Origin: the human T2T-CHM13v2.0 reference genome, Homo sapiens
Direction: 5' to 3' (one strand)
DNA: 64,000 nucleotides
NCBI RefSeq assembly: GCF_009914755.1
Contig: NC_060925.1
Shown here: positions 1 through 15,117 of the stretch, one piece after another
How positions within the stretch are numbered: position 1 is the first letter of the stretch
Layout: every line of letters begins with the position of its first letter
Position numbers and translations under genes: made by a program
The notes under the pieces: model-generated
Told to the model about the DNA's origin: nothing
Seen by the model: the letters and a program-made list of their open reading frames with translations, nothing else
The model's database searches: none

Positions 1-110
1 AAGTGTAGTAGTGAGAAGAAGGAAAGAGTAGAACAAGGAATTTGATCTGTAACTGATTCTGAACAATCAATTGAAATCAATTGAAATAACTCACTACCCT
101 TGGACCAACC
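1..110 (-). pseudogene. Y1 RNA (RNY1-derived) pseudogene; its 3' end is cut off by the window edge
   Basis: The reverse complement matches hY1 (GGCTGGTCCGAAGGTAGTGAGTTATCTCAATTGATTGTTCACAGTCAGTTACAGATCGAACTCCTTGTTCTACTCTTTCC...CTCACTAC), with substitutions and a 10-bp internal duplication. Confidence 0.9.
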
Positions 111-151
111 AGAGATCTCAGATTTGTAGTAGCAAGAAAGGAATATGCTAA

Positions 152-243
152 TTTTTTCCTTCCTTCCTTCCTTCCTTCCTTCCCTCCCTCCCTCCCTCTT
201 TCTTTCTTCCCTCCCCTCCCTTCCCCTCCCCTCCTTTTCTTTT
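152..243. repeat. (CCTT)n/(CCCT)n pyrimidine microsatellite derived from an Alu tail
   Basis: Read directly from the sequence. Confidence 0.85.
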
Positions 244-527
244 CAACAGGGCCTTGTGCTGTCGTCCAGGCTGGAGTGCAGTGTTGTGATCATGGCTCAC
301 TGCAGCCTCAACCTTTCAGACTTAAGCAATCCCCCCCCCGACCTTGACCTCCTGAGTAGCTAGGACTAGAGTTGCACACCACCACACCCTGCTAATTTTT
401 GTATTTCTTGTAAAGACAGGGTTTCATCATGTTGCCCAGGCTAGTCTCAAACTCCTGAGCTCAAGCAATCCACCCACCTTGGCTGCCAAAATGCTGGGAT
501 TACAGGTGTGAGCAACCACACCTGGCC
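244..527 (-). mobile_element. Alu (AluJ-like)
   Basis: Diverged antisense Alu dimer. Confidence 0.9.
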
Positions 528-617
528 ACTAATCTTTGCTTTCGATGAAGATGATTTTCTGCATAGTGGAGAGCTAGCTACCAGGATGTGGTAATCATGA
601 AAGAGACTATAAATCTT

Positions 618-914
618 GTTTTAATTTTTATTTTTTTAACCAATCTCATTCTGCTGCCCAGGCTGGAGTACAGTGGTGCAATCATGGCTTACTGTAGCTT
701 CTAACTCCTAGCCTCGAGTGATTCTCCCACTTCCACCTCCATCTCTGGAATAGCTGGGATTAGATGTGCACTGCCATGCCTAGCTATTTTTAAATATTTT
801 GTAGAGACAGGGTCTAGCTATGTTGCCAGGTTGGTCTCAAACTCCTGGCCTCAAGTGTTCCTCCTGCCTTGGCCTCTCAAAGTGCTGGGATTATGTGAGC
901 CACTGTGCCTGGCC
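618..914 (-). mobile_element. Alu (AluJ-like)
   Basis: Diverged antisense Alu dimer. Confidence 0.88.
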
Positions 915-1294
915 TATCAAAATGTTTTTAAACTAGATTTGAGAGCCCAAAGTGATTGAGATGAATAAGAAACACATTCTACAGACATATCTGAGATGGA
1001 AATAATTCATTTTGGTGACTTACTAGATTTAGAAGGTGTGAGGTTGTCAAAGATCAAGGTTTCTAGTTTTGCAGATTAGATGGGCAATTCTTTATTGAGT
1101 AATGTTTTTTAATAATTCATGCTCTTAATTTTTGATGAGCAATGCACAATTTGTTAGTATATAAAAGGACTCTTTAGCTATATCATTAAAAAAAAAACTG
1201 ACCATCTGGACTGGCACTTCAAAATTAGATACTTTTTTTTTTTTTTAATAATGACTAAAACTTGGAATTTTTATAAATATATATCACCGTAAAG

Positions 1295-1600
1295 GGACAG
1301 ACGTGGTGGCTCACTCCTGTAATCCTAGCACTTTAGGAGCCTGAGGCAGGAGAATCCCTTGAGCCTAGGAGTTTGAAACCACCTGAGGCAACATAGTCAG
1401 ACTCTGTCTCTACTAAACAACAACAACAACAACAAAAAGTCAGCCAGGCACAGTGGTGCATACCTATAGTCCCAGCTACTAGGAAGGCTGAAGCGGGAGG
1501 ATCACTTGAGCCAGGAGTAGGAGGCCGAAGTGTGCTATGATTGCACCACTGCACTCTAGCCTGAGCAACAGAGTAAGACCCTGTCAACAACAACAACAGC
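1295..1600 (+). mobile_element. Alu (AluJ-like) with (CAA)n linker and tail
   Basis: Sense Alu dimer. Confidence 0.9.
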
Positions 1601-3111
1601 AAGAAGTATGTCATTGAAAACAGCCTCATGCAGAGGGAAATGTTCAGCTGGGTTTGAGGCAGATAAAAAAAATCCATTTGTTTAAACTCCAAACCATTCA
1701 CTACTTCCGAAAATTTATTTTAGGATACTTAAAATTTATTGATTGCCTTCTCTTAAGATGTCTCGGCAGAGGCATTTCCTTTTAATTCATCCATGTTGCT
1801 CTTGTTACATTTCCAAAGGAAGTGCTACAGAGGTAATGCAGAGTCAGGAAACTGGTTCCAGTAACGCTGTGAAGGGAGTGAGGGCAGGGTTTAGTCTCTG
1901 AAATAGACTGTGCACTTGCTTCACAAGAGGGATTTTTTCTCTCCAACAGCTGAGTTAGAGCAGGCTAAGGTGGTGGGCTGAAATCCTAGTTGGCCCTAGG
2001 ATGGTAAGAGAAAGCATCCACTCTTGTGATGGGACGGAATTATGCAAAGTAGAAAAGGTTTGTCAGGACCTGTCTCCAGAAAGGATCAAGCAGAATGCAT
2101 TGACCAAGAAGATGGAATTTGAACATCTACAGGTTAGTAGGAATCACTGAGGAAGTGGGATATGTTAGATTAATAGATGCAATTCATTAATCGCCTGAAT
2201 TATAATATACAGGAAAGACAAGAAGAAAGAAAAATAAGATCTAGAAACAAAGAGGATTTACGTTGCTATTTGAGCAAGCTTTTGAAAGCTTTAGGAAGAG
2301 TGGACAGAATAATAGAATTATTCAATTTAAATGGATTTACTCTTAATTGTACTTGCTGATATCTAGAAAATGAAAGTTAAGAAAAAAACTTTATTTCTTA
2401 GCAATAAAAGGCATTTAACTATTGACTTTAAAAAGTCTACCGCACAGCTTACATTATTTAATATGACAAATTATTGTTTCCTCTACAGTGCTGTGTTAAT
2501 AGCTAATACTTTATATAGCTACCTTCTGAAGCTGTAGAGAGGCTTATAACTTTAACGTTTCATGCTGACATTTAGTTGATCCTAGTTTATCTGGTATAAA
2601 GTAGTTGCTCACAATTAATTACTCAAGAACTGAGCTTCGTGTATGTCTGTGGTAGAAATCTGTGGGAGTATGTGAGTTCATTAAAACCGTGCTTTCCTAG
2701 TCATTGCTATTAGTTTAACGCTTTCCTTGAAATATCAGTCACTGAGAGAAATAATAGCTTCTGTTATGGCTCTGCACAGCTGTACTGAAAGATTTTGTTT
2801 TCACTTTTCAGAAGTATTAGAAAAGTTGCCTCCATGTCTGGGTTATCTGAAGGTGAAACCAGTCAATGATTATAATAACTTCTTTTTTAATTTAGAAGGG
2901 AAATAAAGGAAGGAAGGGGAGAAAAGGAAGTAATGAAGTGGGGGAAAGGAAGGAATGAAGGAAGGAAAGAAGCAATATTAACTATAGTAACTGTAGTTGG
3001 TACTATTTATGGAACACTTGATATTTCAGGCATTATGATTTGCAAAAATTATCTCATAATATCCCCATTTTACAGAGGGAAAATTGAGGTTCAGGGAGAT
3101 TAACTATTCAA

Positions 3112-3388
3112 GACTGGCACTTCAAAATTAGATACTTTTTTTAAAAAAATGACTAAAACTTGGAATTTTTATAAATATATATCACTGAAAAGGGCCAGAC
3201 GTGGTGGCTCACTCCTGTAATCCTAGCACTTTAGGAGCCTGAGGCAGGAGAATCACTTGAGCCTAGGAGTTTGAAACCAGCTGAGGCAACATAGTCAGAC
3301 TCTGTCTCTACTAAAAAAAAAAAAAAAAAAAAGTCAGCCAGGCACAGTGGTACACACCTATAGTCCCAGCTACTTGGAAGGCTGAGGC
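3112..3388 (+). repeat. Dispersed direct duplicate of 1209-1494 (unique flank plus 3'-truncated Alu), inserted in a MIR
   Basis: Near-identical sequence from gactggcacttcaaaattagatac to ggaaggctga(a/g)gc. Confidence 0.92.
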
Positions 3389-5223
3389 CTTCCAGGATTT
3401 AAAATTAATTTTTTAAATTCTAAGAGCATCCCCTAATCCCCATAAGATCCTACCTCTCTCATTTTTTTTTCTTGCAGCTGGATAATGTTAGAAGATGTGT
3501 TAAATATTTAATCCAGCCGGAATGCCAAGTTAGATTCAGCTTGGATTTGAAAAACAAAACCAAACCAAAAAGAAAACCACTGGTTTTCAAGGCCTCAGAG
3601 CATAAGCTTTGTGTATTACAGGAAAGCTTCTATGCTTGGCTGGAGGTAGGAGAACCTTTCTGTCTTTTTCTGAATTTGCTATGACCTTGGGTAAGTCAAC
3701 TGACCTCCCTGGGTGATGTTCAGAGCATTATTGATGTTATATAATTTATTCTTATCAATGCCACAAGGTTGGCTAGATATGTTTCCTCTCTAATGTATGA
3801 TTAGGAAAGAGTCATTTAGACTTCAGTTAATTTTATTTTCTTCAAGGTCAACCAATAATTCAGACATCAAGTTGAATGGAAATGAGCTTCTAAATATAGG
3901 TCAAATACTTTTATAAAAATCACATAACTGCATCTCCCCCCCACCACGCCTGAATTTGATCCATCTCCCAATAAGCTCTCCCAAGCTACTACTTAGTTTC
4001 TATTGTTAGTATGTTACTGACCAAGTGCACCAGTCCTGCATTTTGTGTCGAACTGATTAATAATTTTCTTCTGAACCCCTAATGCATCCCCTATTTTGTC
4101 CACACTCTCATAAAGACTCTAGTTGATAAAAATGACAGGCTGAATATTGCTAATGTAATATTTCAATTCAGATGTAACATCTCTTAAAGATTGAGCTAAT
4201 TAATACCATGTTTTTATGTTTCATATTGTATTTATTATTCTTTGGTAGCTTAATGATTACCCTTCTACATAATATTTATATATAGTCTTTTATCTGGAAC
4301 CAATAAGAAGATTTGAGAAAAGTTATAAAACTGCTATAAAACATTATAAAAACTGTTTCCCGTTCAACCTGACTGCTTTGTTTCCCTTAATTCTGGGATT
4401 TTCCATCATTTGCATTATCTAATTGATGATAGAATAGTCTCATGGTACCATAAAGTAAAAGACTAACAAGAAATTTTAATTGGTTTGCTTGTCCAACTGC
4501 TACAAAATTATAAAGACTGCCTTTTTCTGTGTTTTTTTTTTAAATCCACCCTATGAAACTTATCTTTATGTCTGTCTTTTCTCTGATACGCTGGGGTTTA
4601 AAGTGAGCTGCTTTAGCCTCATTAGAAATAAAAGGTATCGTGTTAATGTCTTCTAGATGACCTTTAGTAATTTGAGAGATATTCTCCATTTTTGTAGGCT
4701 TGACACTCTATTTTTTCCCTGCTCTTCTAACTCCTGTATTCTGTGGCTTCTGTATTTGACAGTAGTAGCCCCACTCCCAGCAAACCTGAGCCGTCACATC
4801 TCTCTCTTTTGGTTATGGAGTTCAAAATGGGGTTCCTCACCCATCTAAGAGTCAGGTATTACTTTGTTCTTGCTGTGTGAGAAGTGGAAGGCTAGTGAAA
4901 TGAACTAATAGGATCTTCAAAGTGAAACAGACCATATCCAACTTGTAGCCATGTCGGAAAGCCTGTCCACACTATCATTACAAGCTCAGAACAGAGTGTG
5001 GGGAGAACCTATTCTATTTAACCTAACCTGTTTGTGGGGAGCCAGCCCTGACTGCCATTTATTACTTTTAATTCTAATTACAAATAATGCATGCTCACTG
5101 AGAGGGTTTGAAAGTTTATTTTAAAAAGCCCAAGTCATGGTGGTATGAATGTTTTTGCTCTCTCTTGAGTGCTTAGATTTTCAATCCCTCTTGGAGCATA
5201 TGAATTATTTGCATACATGGAGA

Positions 5224-5237
5224 GATATATATATATA

Positions 5238-5274
<37 letters not shown>

Positions 5275-5299
5275 GTATATATATATATCTATATCTGTG

Positions 5300-5337
<38 letters not shown>

Positions 5338-5346
5338 TACACACAT
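5224..5346. repeat. (TA)n/(CA)n compound microsatellite
   Basis: Read directly from the sequence. Confidence 0.95.
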
Positions 5347-6626
5347 ATTCTTTTGGTCTTCAGTTTGTTCCTCATCTTAGAATTTTTTTTTTGTTATTAA
5401 TAAAATAAGAGTGTTAACAAAACCTCTGGACTCAGGTAGTTTCATTGGTGAATTCTACCAAACATTTAAAGAAGAAATAAAACCAGTCTTAGTATAAACT
5501 CTTTCAGAAAACAGAGGAGGAATGAACACTGCCCAGCTTATTTTATGAGGCCAAAATTTCCCTGATACTAGAACCAGATACAGTCATTAGAAAACTATAG
5601 CTACTATCCCTGATAAATGTAAATATTTATTAATGAAATATTTGCAAATTTAATCCAGCAATGTATATAAAGGAATGCAAGGCTGGTTTAATATTTGAAA
5701 ACCAAATGACATATCAAAACCAGGTTAGGTTGATTCCAGGAAAGTAAGGTCAGCTTCACATTTAAAAGCCACATATTTTTCATTATATACATTGTATGTA
5801 TATATACATTATATATAATGTATATAATATATGTATATAATGTGTATATATATAATGATTCTCCCTAGAGATTATCAGAAAAGTGTTTGATAAACTGTAT
5901 CACCATTCATGACAGAAACTCTTAGGAAACTTAGAAATAGAAAACTTGCTTACCCTGATAAAGGACAATTATAAGAAATCTACAGCAAATATCATTAGAT
6001 GGTGAAATATTGAAGGTTTGTTCTTTTAAGTTTGGGAATGAGAAAACAATGCCACTATTACCACTCTGTCTTGTACTGAACAATTATTCCTATATGGTCT
6101 AGAAGATAAATAAGAAATTGGAGAAGAAATAAAACTGCCATTATTTATGATGATGTGATTGTATATGTAAAAATTTCAAATACATTTACAGATAAATAAT
6201 TAGAAATAAAATTTACATAATTACTGAACACAAAATCAATATGTAAAACCAATGCCATTTCTGTATCAGCAAACAAAAATTTTAAAAATACTTAAAAAAT
6301 AATACATTTAAGACAGTATTAAAAACATCAAATAATCTAAGAAGACACTGAACAGACATGTGCATGGCCTGTATGCAGAAGCCTAATAAACTTCATTGAG
6401 AAAAATCAGAAATGACAAGTATATGAACAGATTTATCATGTTTATGGTTTTGAATTTTTTTATTTCATTTCTCTCCAAACTAATAGATTAGATGCAATTC
6501 TAATCAATGTCTCAAGGGTGTGCGTGAATGCGTGCTTGTGTGCTTTAGTGGGATGTGACAAACTACCCCTAAACTTTATGTTGGAAGGGCCTAGAATAAG
6601 GAAGATGATCTTTAAAAAAATCAAAG

Positions 6627-6885
6627 TGGGAGGCCGAGGCAGGCGGAATACGAGGTCAGGAGATAAGAGACCATCCTGGCTAACAAGGTGAAACCCTGTC
6701 TCTACTAAAAATAGAAAACAATTAGCCAGGCGTGGTGGTGGGTGCCTGTAGTCCCAGCTACTCAGGAGGCTGACACAGGAGAATGGCGTGAACCTGGGAG
6801 GCGGAACGTGCAGTGAGGCGACATTGTGCCACTGCACTCCAGCCTGGGCGACAGAGGGAGACTCCACCTGAAAAAAAAAAAAAAT
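6627..6885 (+). mobile_element. 5'-truncated AluY-like element
   Basis: AluY-type diagnostics (gaccatcctggctaac, gaatggcgtgaacc) and a polyA tail. Confidence 0.9.
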
Positions 6886-7322
6886 ACAAGTGGAAAGAGT
6901 TAATATTCCAGGTATCAAGACTTATTATAATGCAACAGTAATTAAGCATTCTAGTATTTGTGCAAGGACATAGAAACACACAGTGGAACAGAGTCACCTA
7001 ACAGACTCTCATGTATATAGACAGTTAATGACTGACAAAAGTGGCACTGAAAAGCAGCTTAATACAGCCTTTTAAATAAATGAGATGGGGTCAACTGGGT
7101 AATCATATGAAAAAGATAATGAAAGTTGATATCCATCTCACAAATACAAAACTTTCTAGGATGATTATAAATGTTAATGTGAAAGATAAAATAACAAACC
7201 TTCTGGAAGATAATATGGGAGGTATCTTGTTGCTTATGGAGTAGGCAAAAACTTCTTAAACAGGACAATACCCTGGCTATAGAGGAAAAGACTGATAATT
7301 TGGAGTATATTGAAAGTAAATG

Positions 7323-7810
<488 letters not shown>

Positions 7811-9204
7811 AAGCAAAAGCTAGTTATGAAACGATTCACATTTTCTTTTTTGTATGTTGATTTTGGTAAATTGCATTTTTTTCCTTAAAAATTATGTTTT
7901 ATCTAATATTTTTAAATTTTGGTGTAAAGTTATTCTAATATCTTACTACTTTAAAGCCTGTAGGATCAATGTTATGTTTCCTTTTTTATTTCTGACATTA
8001 GTTATTTGTATCAATACTTGATTATACTTGCCAGAGGTTTTTAATATTATTAGCTTTTCCAGAAGACTTCTTTGGAGGCTATTTATTAACACTTAAATCT
8101 GTTTCCTTCTTTCTCCCTTCTTTGGGCTAAATTGCTGGATCTTTTTCTCTCCTAAATTCTTTAGATGGATATTTAACATACTGATTTTTGTAACCTTCTA
8201 TCTTTTTAATATATGCATTTAAACCTACAGATTTCTCTCTAAACATGACTAACTGTATCTCTAAAGTTATGGCAAATATTTATATTATCCTTCATTTAAA
8301 AAATATTTTAAAATGCTGACTCTGTTGTCTTTTTCAATAATGTGTGATTTAGAATTGTATTGCTTGATTTCCAAACATGGAGACTTTGTTTTATCTTCTT
8401 TTATTATTGATTTCTAATTTAATTCATTATATTAAGAGAAAACATACTCTTCATTTCAGTATGTTGCCATTTATTGAGATTTACCGAAGATGTGATCAGC
8501 TTTCATCAGTGTGCTGTGTATGCTTGAAAAGAATGTTTTAGGTTAAATGTTTTGCTTCAGTCCATTAGGTAAATTGCTGATTATGTTGTTCAGATCTTCC
8601 ATATCCTTACTTTTTCTTTTCATTGTAGCAGCTATTGAGAAAGTTATTGCTACTATGTTTGTGGACATGTGTTTTTCCTTAGAGCTCTGCCAATTTTTGC
8701 TATGTGTGCTTTGAAGCCTTGTTATTTGAAGCACGCATATTTAGAATTATTTATTTTCCTTATGAATTACATTTTTATCAATAGAAGACTCTCACTTTGT
8801 TTCTTATGATGCTTTTTGCTGTAAATCATTATCTGTTATTAATATAGCTATACTTGCCTTCTTTAGTTTAAAATTTACATGTTATATCTTTTTACTTTCT
8901 AGTAATCTTAATCATTTTTATACCTTTTCATTTGTATCTTCAATAAAGAGCGTAGGTTTGGAGCTCATTTTTTATCTTGACAGTCTTTTGTTTTTTACTG
9001 AAGTATAACTAAGTCCATTTACATTTAATACAATTGTTTAAATGCTTGGATTTAAAGTACTATTTTATTGTATATTTTCTATTTGTCTTATCTGTTCTAT
9101 AGTCCTTTTCCTTTTGTGTCTTTTGGATTTATCAATTACTCTTTACTATTTAATTGTTCTCTCTGGTATTTTAAAAACTGTAATTTTACCAACTATCTTT
9201 TATT

Positions 9205-9537
9205 ATTATTATTTTTATTTTTATTATTAAGACAAGGTCTCCCTCTGTCACCCATGGTGGAGTGCGGTGGCATAATCATAGCTCACTGCAGCCTTGAACT
9301 CCTGGGCTTAAGCCATCCTCCCACCTCAGCCTCTCAAGTAGCTAGGACTACACTACAGGGGTGCGTCACCACCCCAAGATAATTTTTATGTTTATTTTTA
9401 AATTTCTAAATTTTTTTGTAAAGGCAAGATTTTACTATCTTGTCCAGGCTGGTCTTGAACTCCTGGGCTCCAGCAGTCTTTCCGCCTTGGCCTCCCAAAG
9501 TGCTGAGATTACAGACCTGAGCCACTACACCTAAGCT
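9205..9537 (-). mobile_element. Alu (AluJ-like)
   Basis: Antisense dimer with a (TTA)n tail. Confidence 0.88.
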
Positions 9538-10277
9538 TATCTTTTAAAACTGCATACATTTTTGCCTTTTTTGTTTTTTGGTACTTTCACCTATTTCCTG
9601 ACAAATTAAGCAACCTTAAGACCTGTTTCCAGACAAATTAAGCAACCTTGAGATTCCCTAACTTAATAAATTTCACTTCCAAGTTACACATTGTTATTTT
9701 ATTTTAATTCTTTCTATATTATCTCCACAGGACATTAATACTGTTTATATGTTTAGTATTCATTTAATCTTTTTTCTTTGTTCTTTCTTTCTGCATCTTC
9801 AGGAATCTGTTTGGGATTATTTTCTTTCAGCCTAAAGAGCATCTTTTTGTATTTCCTTTAGTGCAAGCCTGCTAGGTGACAAATTCTTTAGTGTTTTTGG
9901 TCTTAAAATAGGTTTCTTTCATTTTCTTCTTGAAAAATATTTTTACAAGGTGTAGAATTCTAGTAGGCAGTTTAAAAAAGATCATTACACTATCTTCTAG
10001 CTTTCAATGACACTAACTTCTTAACAAAAATAATCTGTTTATTCATTCATTGAAGGTCATCTATTTGTGGCTGCTTTAAAGATGTTATTTTTAGCTTTTT
10101 TATAGCAGTTTTACTGTATTCACCCACTTATAGCATTTATAGGGCTTTGAAATCAGTAGTAGTTTGATACTTTCTTTCATTTTATGTTTTCAGGAATGAT
10201 CTTTCTATAGATAATGCTTCTAAGTTATTCTCTTTATGATATCTTTTTTTCTGGGACTCCAATTATACATAAGTTAG

Positions 10278-10810
<533 letters not shown>

Positions 10811-11574
10811 TGCTGAAGTCTATTTTGTCTTTTATCTTCTTGGAGAGATTTAACATAGCTATTTTAAAATGTGAGTCTGATAACAATCTAGGATCCCTGT
10901 GTGTCTTTTTCTGTTGTCTGTTTTCCTATTGATTTTTGTTTATTTTTTATTTATGTCTCCATTTTTCTATTTTTTTTTTTTATTTTATGCTGTGCAAATG
11001 CTTAGTTTGATCTCATCTTTTCCCAGATAGGATTTATGTTTGCTTTTGCCGGGGACCTGGGGCACTAATATTCCAAGATCACCTTGAGGTATGTTCAAAG
11101 ATTTAGATGCTTTGAAGTTGAATTTTAGCCCTGAAAATGTTCGACCTGCCTTCTTCTAGTTAATCTTTGTTACTAGTGTGATGGAATTTTAGATTCTAAC
11201 CCCAAGTGAGAGGTGTTGGTAGGGCCAGTCTCTCTTAGAGGTCAGGGTCCTCCAGTCCCTTTCCCCGGATAATGTGTCCACAAACTCTCACAGGAATCCT
11301 GTAGGGTGTTGAGGGGTGGGGGCAAAAGGATCCCCCATGAGCCAACCTCCGCTCACTAGGTCTGTGTTCTCCCTTGAATCCTGGCTTGCTAATTTTTTCT
11401 TAATTTAATATTCCCTTTCCTCTTCCCTTCAAGATATATATAAACTCACATTTATGTGTTCCATGTTTTTTATATATATGTATATAAATATAAAATATAT
11501 ATATATAAATAAACGTTACCTCATTATATAATTATACGTTATGTAGCCATTAGCTCATGTATTATTATTATTAA

Positions 11575-11867
<293 letters not shown>

Positions 11868-12164
11868 TCGTGTATTATATTTACAATATAAATTTATAGC
11901 CAAATACTTTCACTTGGCAACATACCATAAACAGATTTTACATGGCATTCAATGAGATGTGATTTTAATAGCTCTTGATTGTCCCACTATATGTACAAAT
12001 TAAATTTTTTATTCTTACTGCTATTTTTGGAAACTCTACTTTTTTTCTTTTGTAAAAATGCAAGTAACATTGGAATAAATATATTCTAGTACATAAATAT
12101 TTTTGCATATCACTGATATATTCTCCCCTTAGAGAAGACTTCTATGAGTGGAATTGGTGGTTCA

Positions 12165-12512
<348 letters not shown>

Positions 12513-12634
12513 TTATTTTGATATTAAATTTTTCTGTAGAAAATTTGTGCCAATTTGTATCTCACTGGTAGTAATGTTAGTGCTTCTTTTAAGCACAGCT
12601 AAGAAAACACTCCTTTGTCATTTTTATTTTATTT

Positions 12635-12785
12635 TGGGTGGGGGGGACAGAATTTTGCTCTGACACCCAGGCTGAAGTACAGTGATCACAGCTCACTGCA
12701 GCCTCAAACTCCTGGGCTCAAGTGAATTTCCCACTTTGTCCTCCCAAAGTGCTTGGATTATAGGTGGGAGCCATAGTGCCTGGCC
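12635..12785 (-). mobile_element. Alu monomer or fragment
   Basis: Short antisense Alu sequence. Confidence 0.75.
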
Positions 12786-13132
12786 TATTTGTAAACATGT
12801 CAGAGATCTCAGTTCATCCTGGGGTTTAATCTTTTGATGTTATCTTATTATTCTTTTACATTTGTCATTTTACATTTGTCATTTTACATTTCCATTTTTA
12901 AATAAGCCCTTTTATTTAAAAGCCAACCATAGATGCTTTGGGCAATCACATTTATGTGTTCCATGTAGAGCTGTTTTAATGGCTATGTTATAGTGCTGTG
13001 TGAAGATTGTGGCAGAAATAGAAATTATAAGTGTGAAGATCATGCAATTATTTAAAAAATCTGTATTATTTATAAAACCATGTGCACTATGATTACAGCT
13101 ACATAAAACATTCAAAGAAAATTTAGAAAATA

Positions 13133-13400
13133 GGCTGGGCACGGTGGCTCACACCTGTAATCCCAGCACTTTGGGAGGCCGAGGCGAGTGGATCGCTTGA
13201 GGTCAGGAGTTCGAGACCAGCCTGGACAACATGGTGAAACCCTGTCTCTACTATAAATAATTGGCCAGGCATGGTGGCACACTCCTGTAATCCCAGCTCC
13301 TGAGGAAGCTGAGGCAGAAGAATCCTTTGAATGAGCCAAGATTGCGCCACCGCACTCTAGCCTGGGTGACAGAGTGAGACTCTGTCTCAAAAGAAAATAA
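13133..13400 (+). mobile_element. AluS with a right-arm deletion; TSD aaaatttagaaaata
   Basis: Sense Alu with the TSD on both sides. Confidence 0.9.
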
Positions 13401-13643
13401 AATTTAGAAAATATACACAGTGGATGCTGTGGTATTATGATACTGATTAGTTATTGTTTTTCTTATCTTCCCCTCTCAAAACAATTCTATAGGGTTGTGC
13501 TATTATTTTTTAATAATTAAATGATTAACGCAAACCCAGATATTGTGAGTTCAATTCAGGCTACTGTCAGTAGATCTACCTTTTATCCAGCCAGTCAGTC
13601 ATCTTATAAATGGTTCAAATGAGTTAAAATAAATGGACATCTC

Positions 13644-13930
13644 AGCTGGGCACAGTGGCTCACGCCTGGAATACCAACATTTTGGGAGGCTGAGGTGGAG
13701 GATCACTTGAGCTCAAGAGTTTGAGACCAGCCTGGGCAACATAGCAAGACTCCATCTCTCCAAAAAACAAAAACAAAAAAGCTAGGCATCATGGTACTCA
13801 CCTGTAGTCCTGGCCACTTGGGAGGCTGAGGTGGGAGGATGGCTTGAACTCAGGAATTGAAGGCTACAGTGACCTGTGATCACACTACTGCACTTCAGCC
13901 TGGGCCACAGAATGAGACCCCATCTCTTTA
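13644..13930 (+). mobile_element. Alu (AluJ-like)
   Basis: Sense dimer. Confidence 0.88.
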
Positions 13931-14268
13931 GGTAATTAAATAAATACGGCCTTTTTGTTATTTCCCCAATAGTAATAATGTGTTTATTGCTACCTAGTCC
14001 AAAAAGTATTTACAATGATTAGGAAAAAAAGATATAGTAAGAAAATAAAAAGGTGCTATTTTAGTGAAAAGATTAAAGAAAAGAAAAAACAATACTGAAG
14101 TGGAACCAGGAATGAGACTAATCAAAAACACATATTCCAGAATCTCCAAACATGTGGCAGGTGGGCCATATGTGAATTTCACTGTTTTTTTAAATAACAA
14201 AAATGAAAAGCACATCTGATCAACACAATTTATATTGTCCCTGAGATTAAAAAAAAGAAAACACAAAT

Positions 14269-14512
14269 GGCCAGGTGTGGTGGCTCATGCCTGTAATCCC
14301 AACACTTTGAGAGGGCCAGGCAGGTGGATCATGAGGTCAAGAGATCGAGATCATCCTAGCCGATATGGTGAAACCCCGTCTTTACTAAAAATACAAAAAT
14401 TAGCTGGGCGTGGTGGCACATGCCTGTAGTCCCAGCTAATCTGGAGGCTGAGGCAGGAGAATCGCTTGAACCCGGGATGCAGAGACTCCATCTCCGTCTC
14501 AAACAAACACAA
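14269..14512 (+). mobile_element. AluS (Sc-like) with a right-arm deletion
   Basis: Sense Alu containing gaggtcaagagatcgag. Confidence 0.87.
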
Positions 14513-14789
14513 ACTCAAAATACCATCCAACTATTTAGTTCTTTAGACAGAGCTGTGAAATTATAAGATCAGGAATAAATGTGTCTTCAGAGCCCTCCTA
14601 CACGAGATATTCTGTAATGGGATGGGCATTTTCAGTAGTCTTCTGTGGACTTGGCAGTCTTGTCTCAGATATCACACCCAAGCCCAATTCAGTTGAGGCA
14701 ATTCTTTTTGAGGTCAGTAGGACAAGGTGTAGAGCCCTCTGCTGGCCTGAGATAGATTTATCTACATAATCTAGGGATAGATTTTATTT

Positions 14790-15117
14790 GATTTGATTTG
14801 ATATTGTTTTGTTTTGTTTTTGAGACGGTTTCACTGTGTCGCCCAGGCTGGAGTACAGTGGTGCGATCACAGCTCACTGCAGCCTCGACCTCCCCCCGGG
14901 CTCATGCATTCCTTCCGCCTCAGCCTCAAGTAGCTGGGACCACAGGAGTGTGCCACCACACTTGGCTAATTTTTTTATGTAAAATTTTTTTTTCTGTAGA
15001 GATAGTCTTGCTATCTCGTCCTGGCTGGTCTCCATCTCCTGGGCTCAAGTAATACTCCTGCCTCGGCCTTCTGAAGTGCTGGAATTATAGGCGTGAGCCA
15101 CCAGCACACCTGACCAG
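14790..15117 (-). mobile_element. Alu (AluJ-like)
   Basis: Antisense dimer; TSD ga(t/c)agatttta. Confidence 0.88.
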
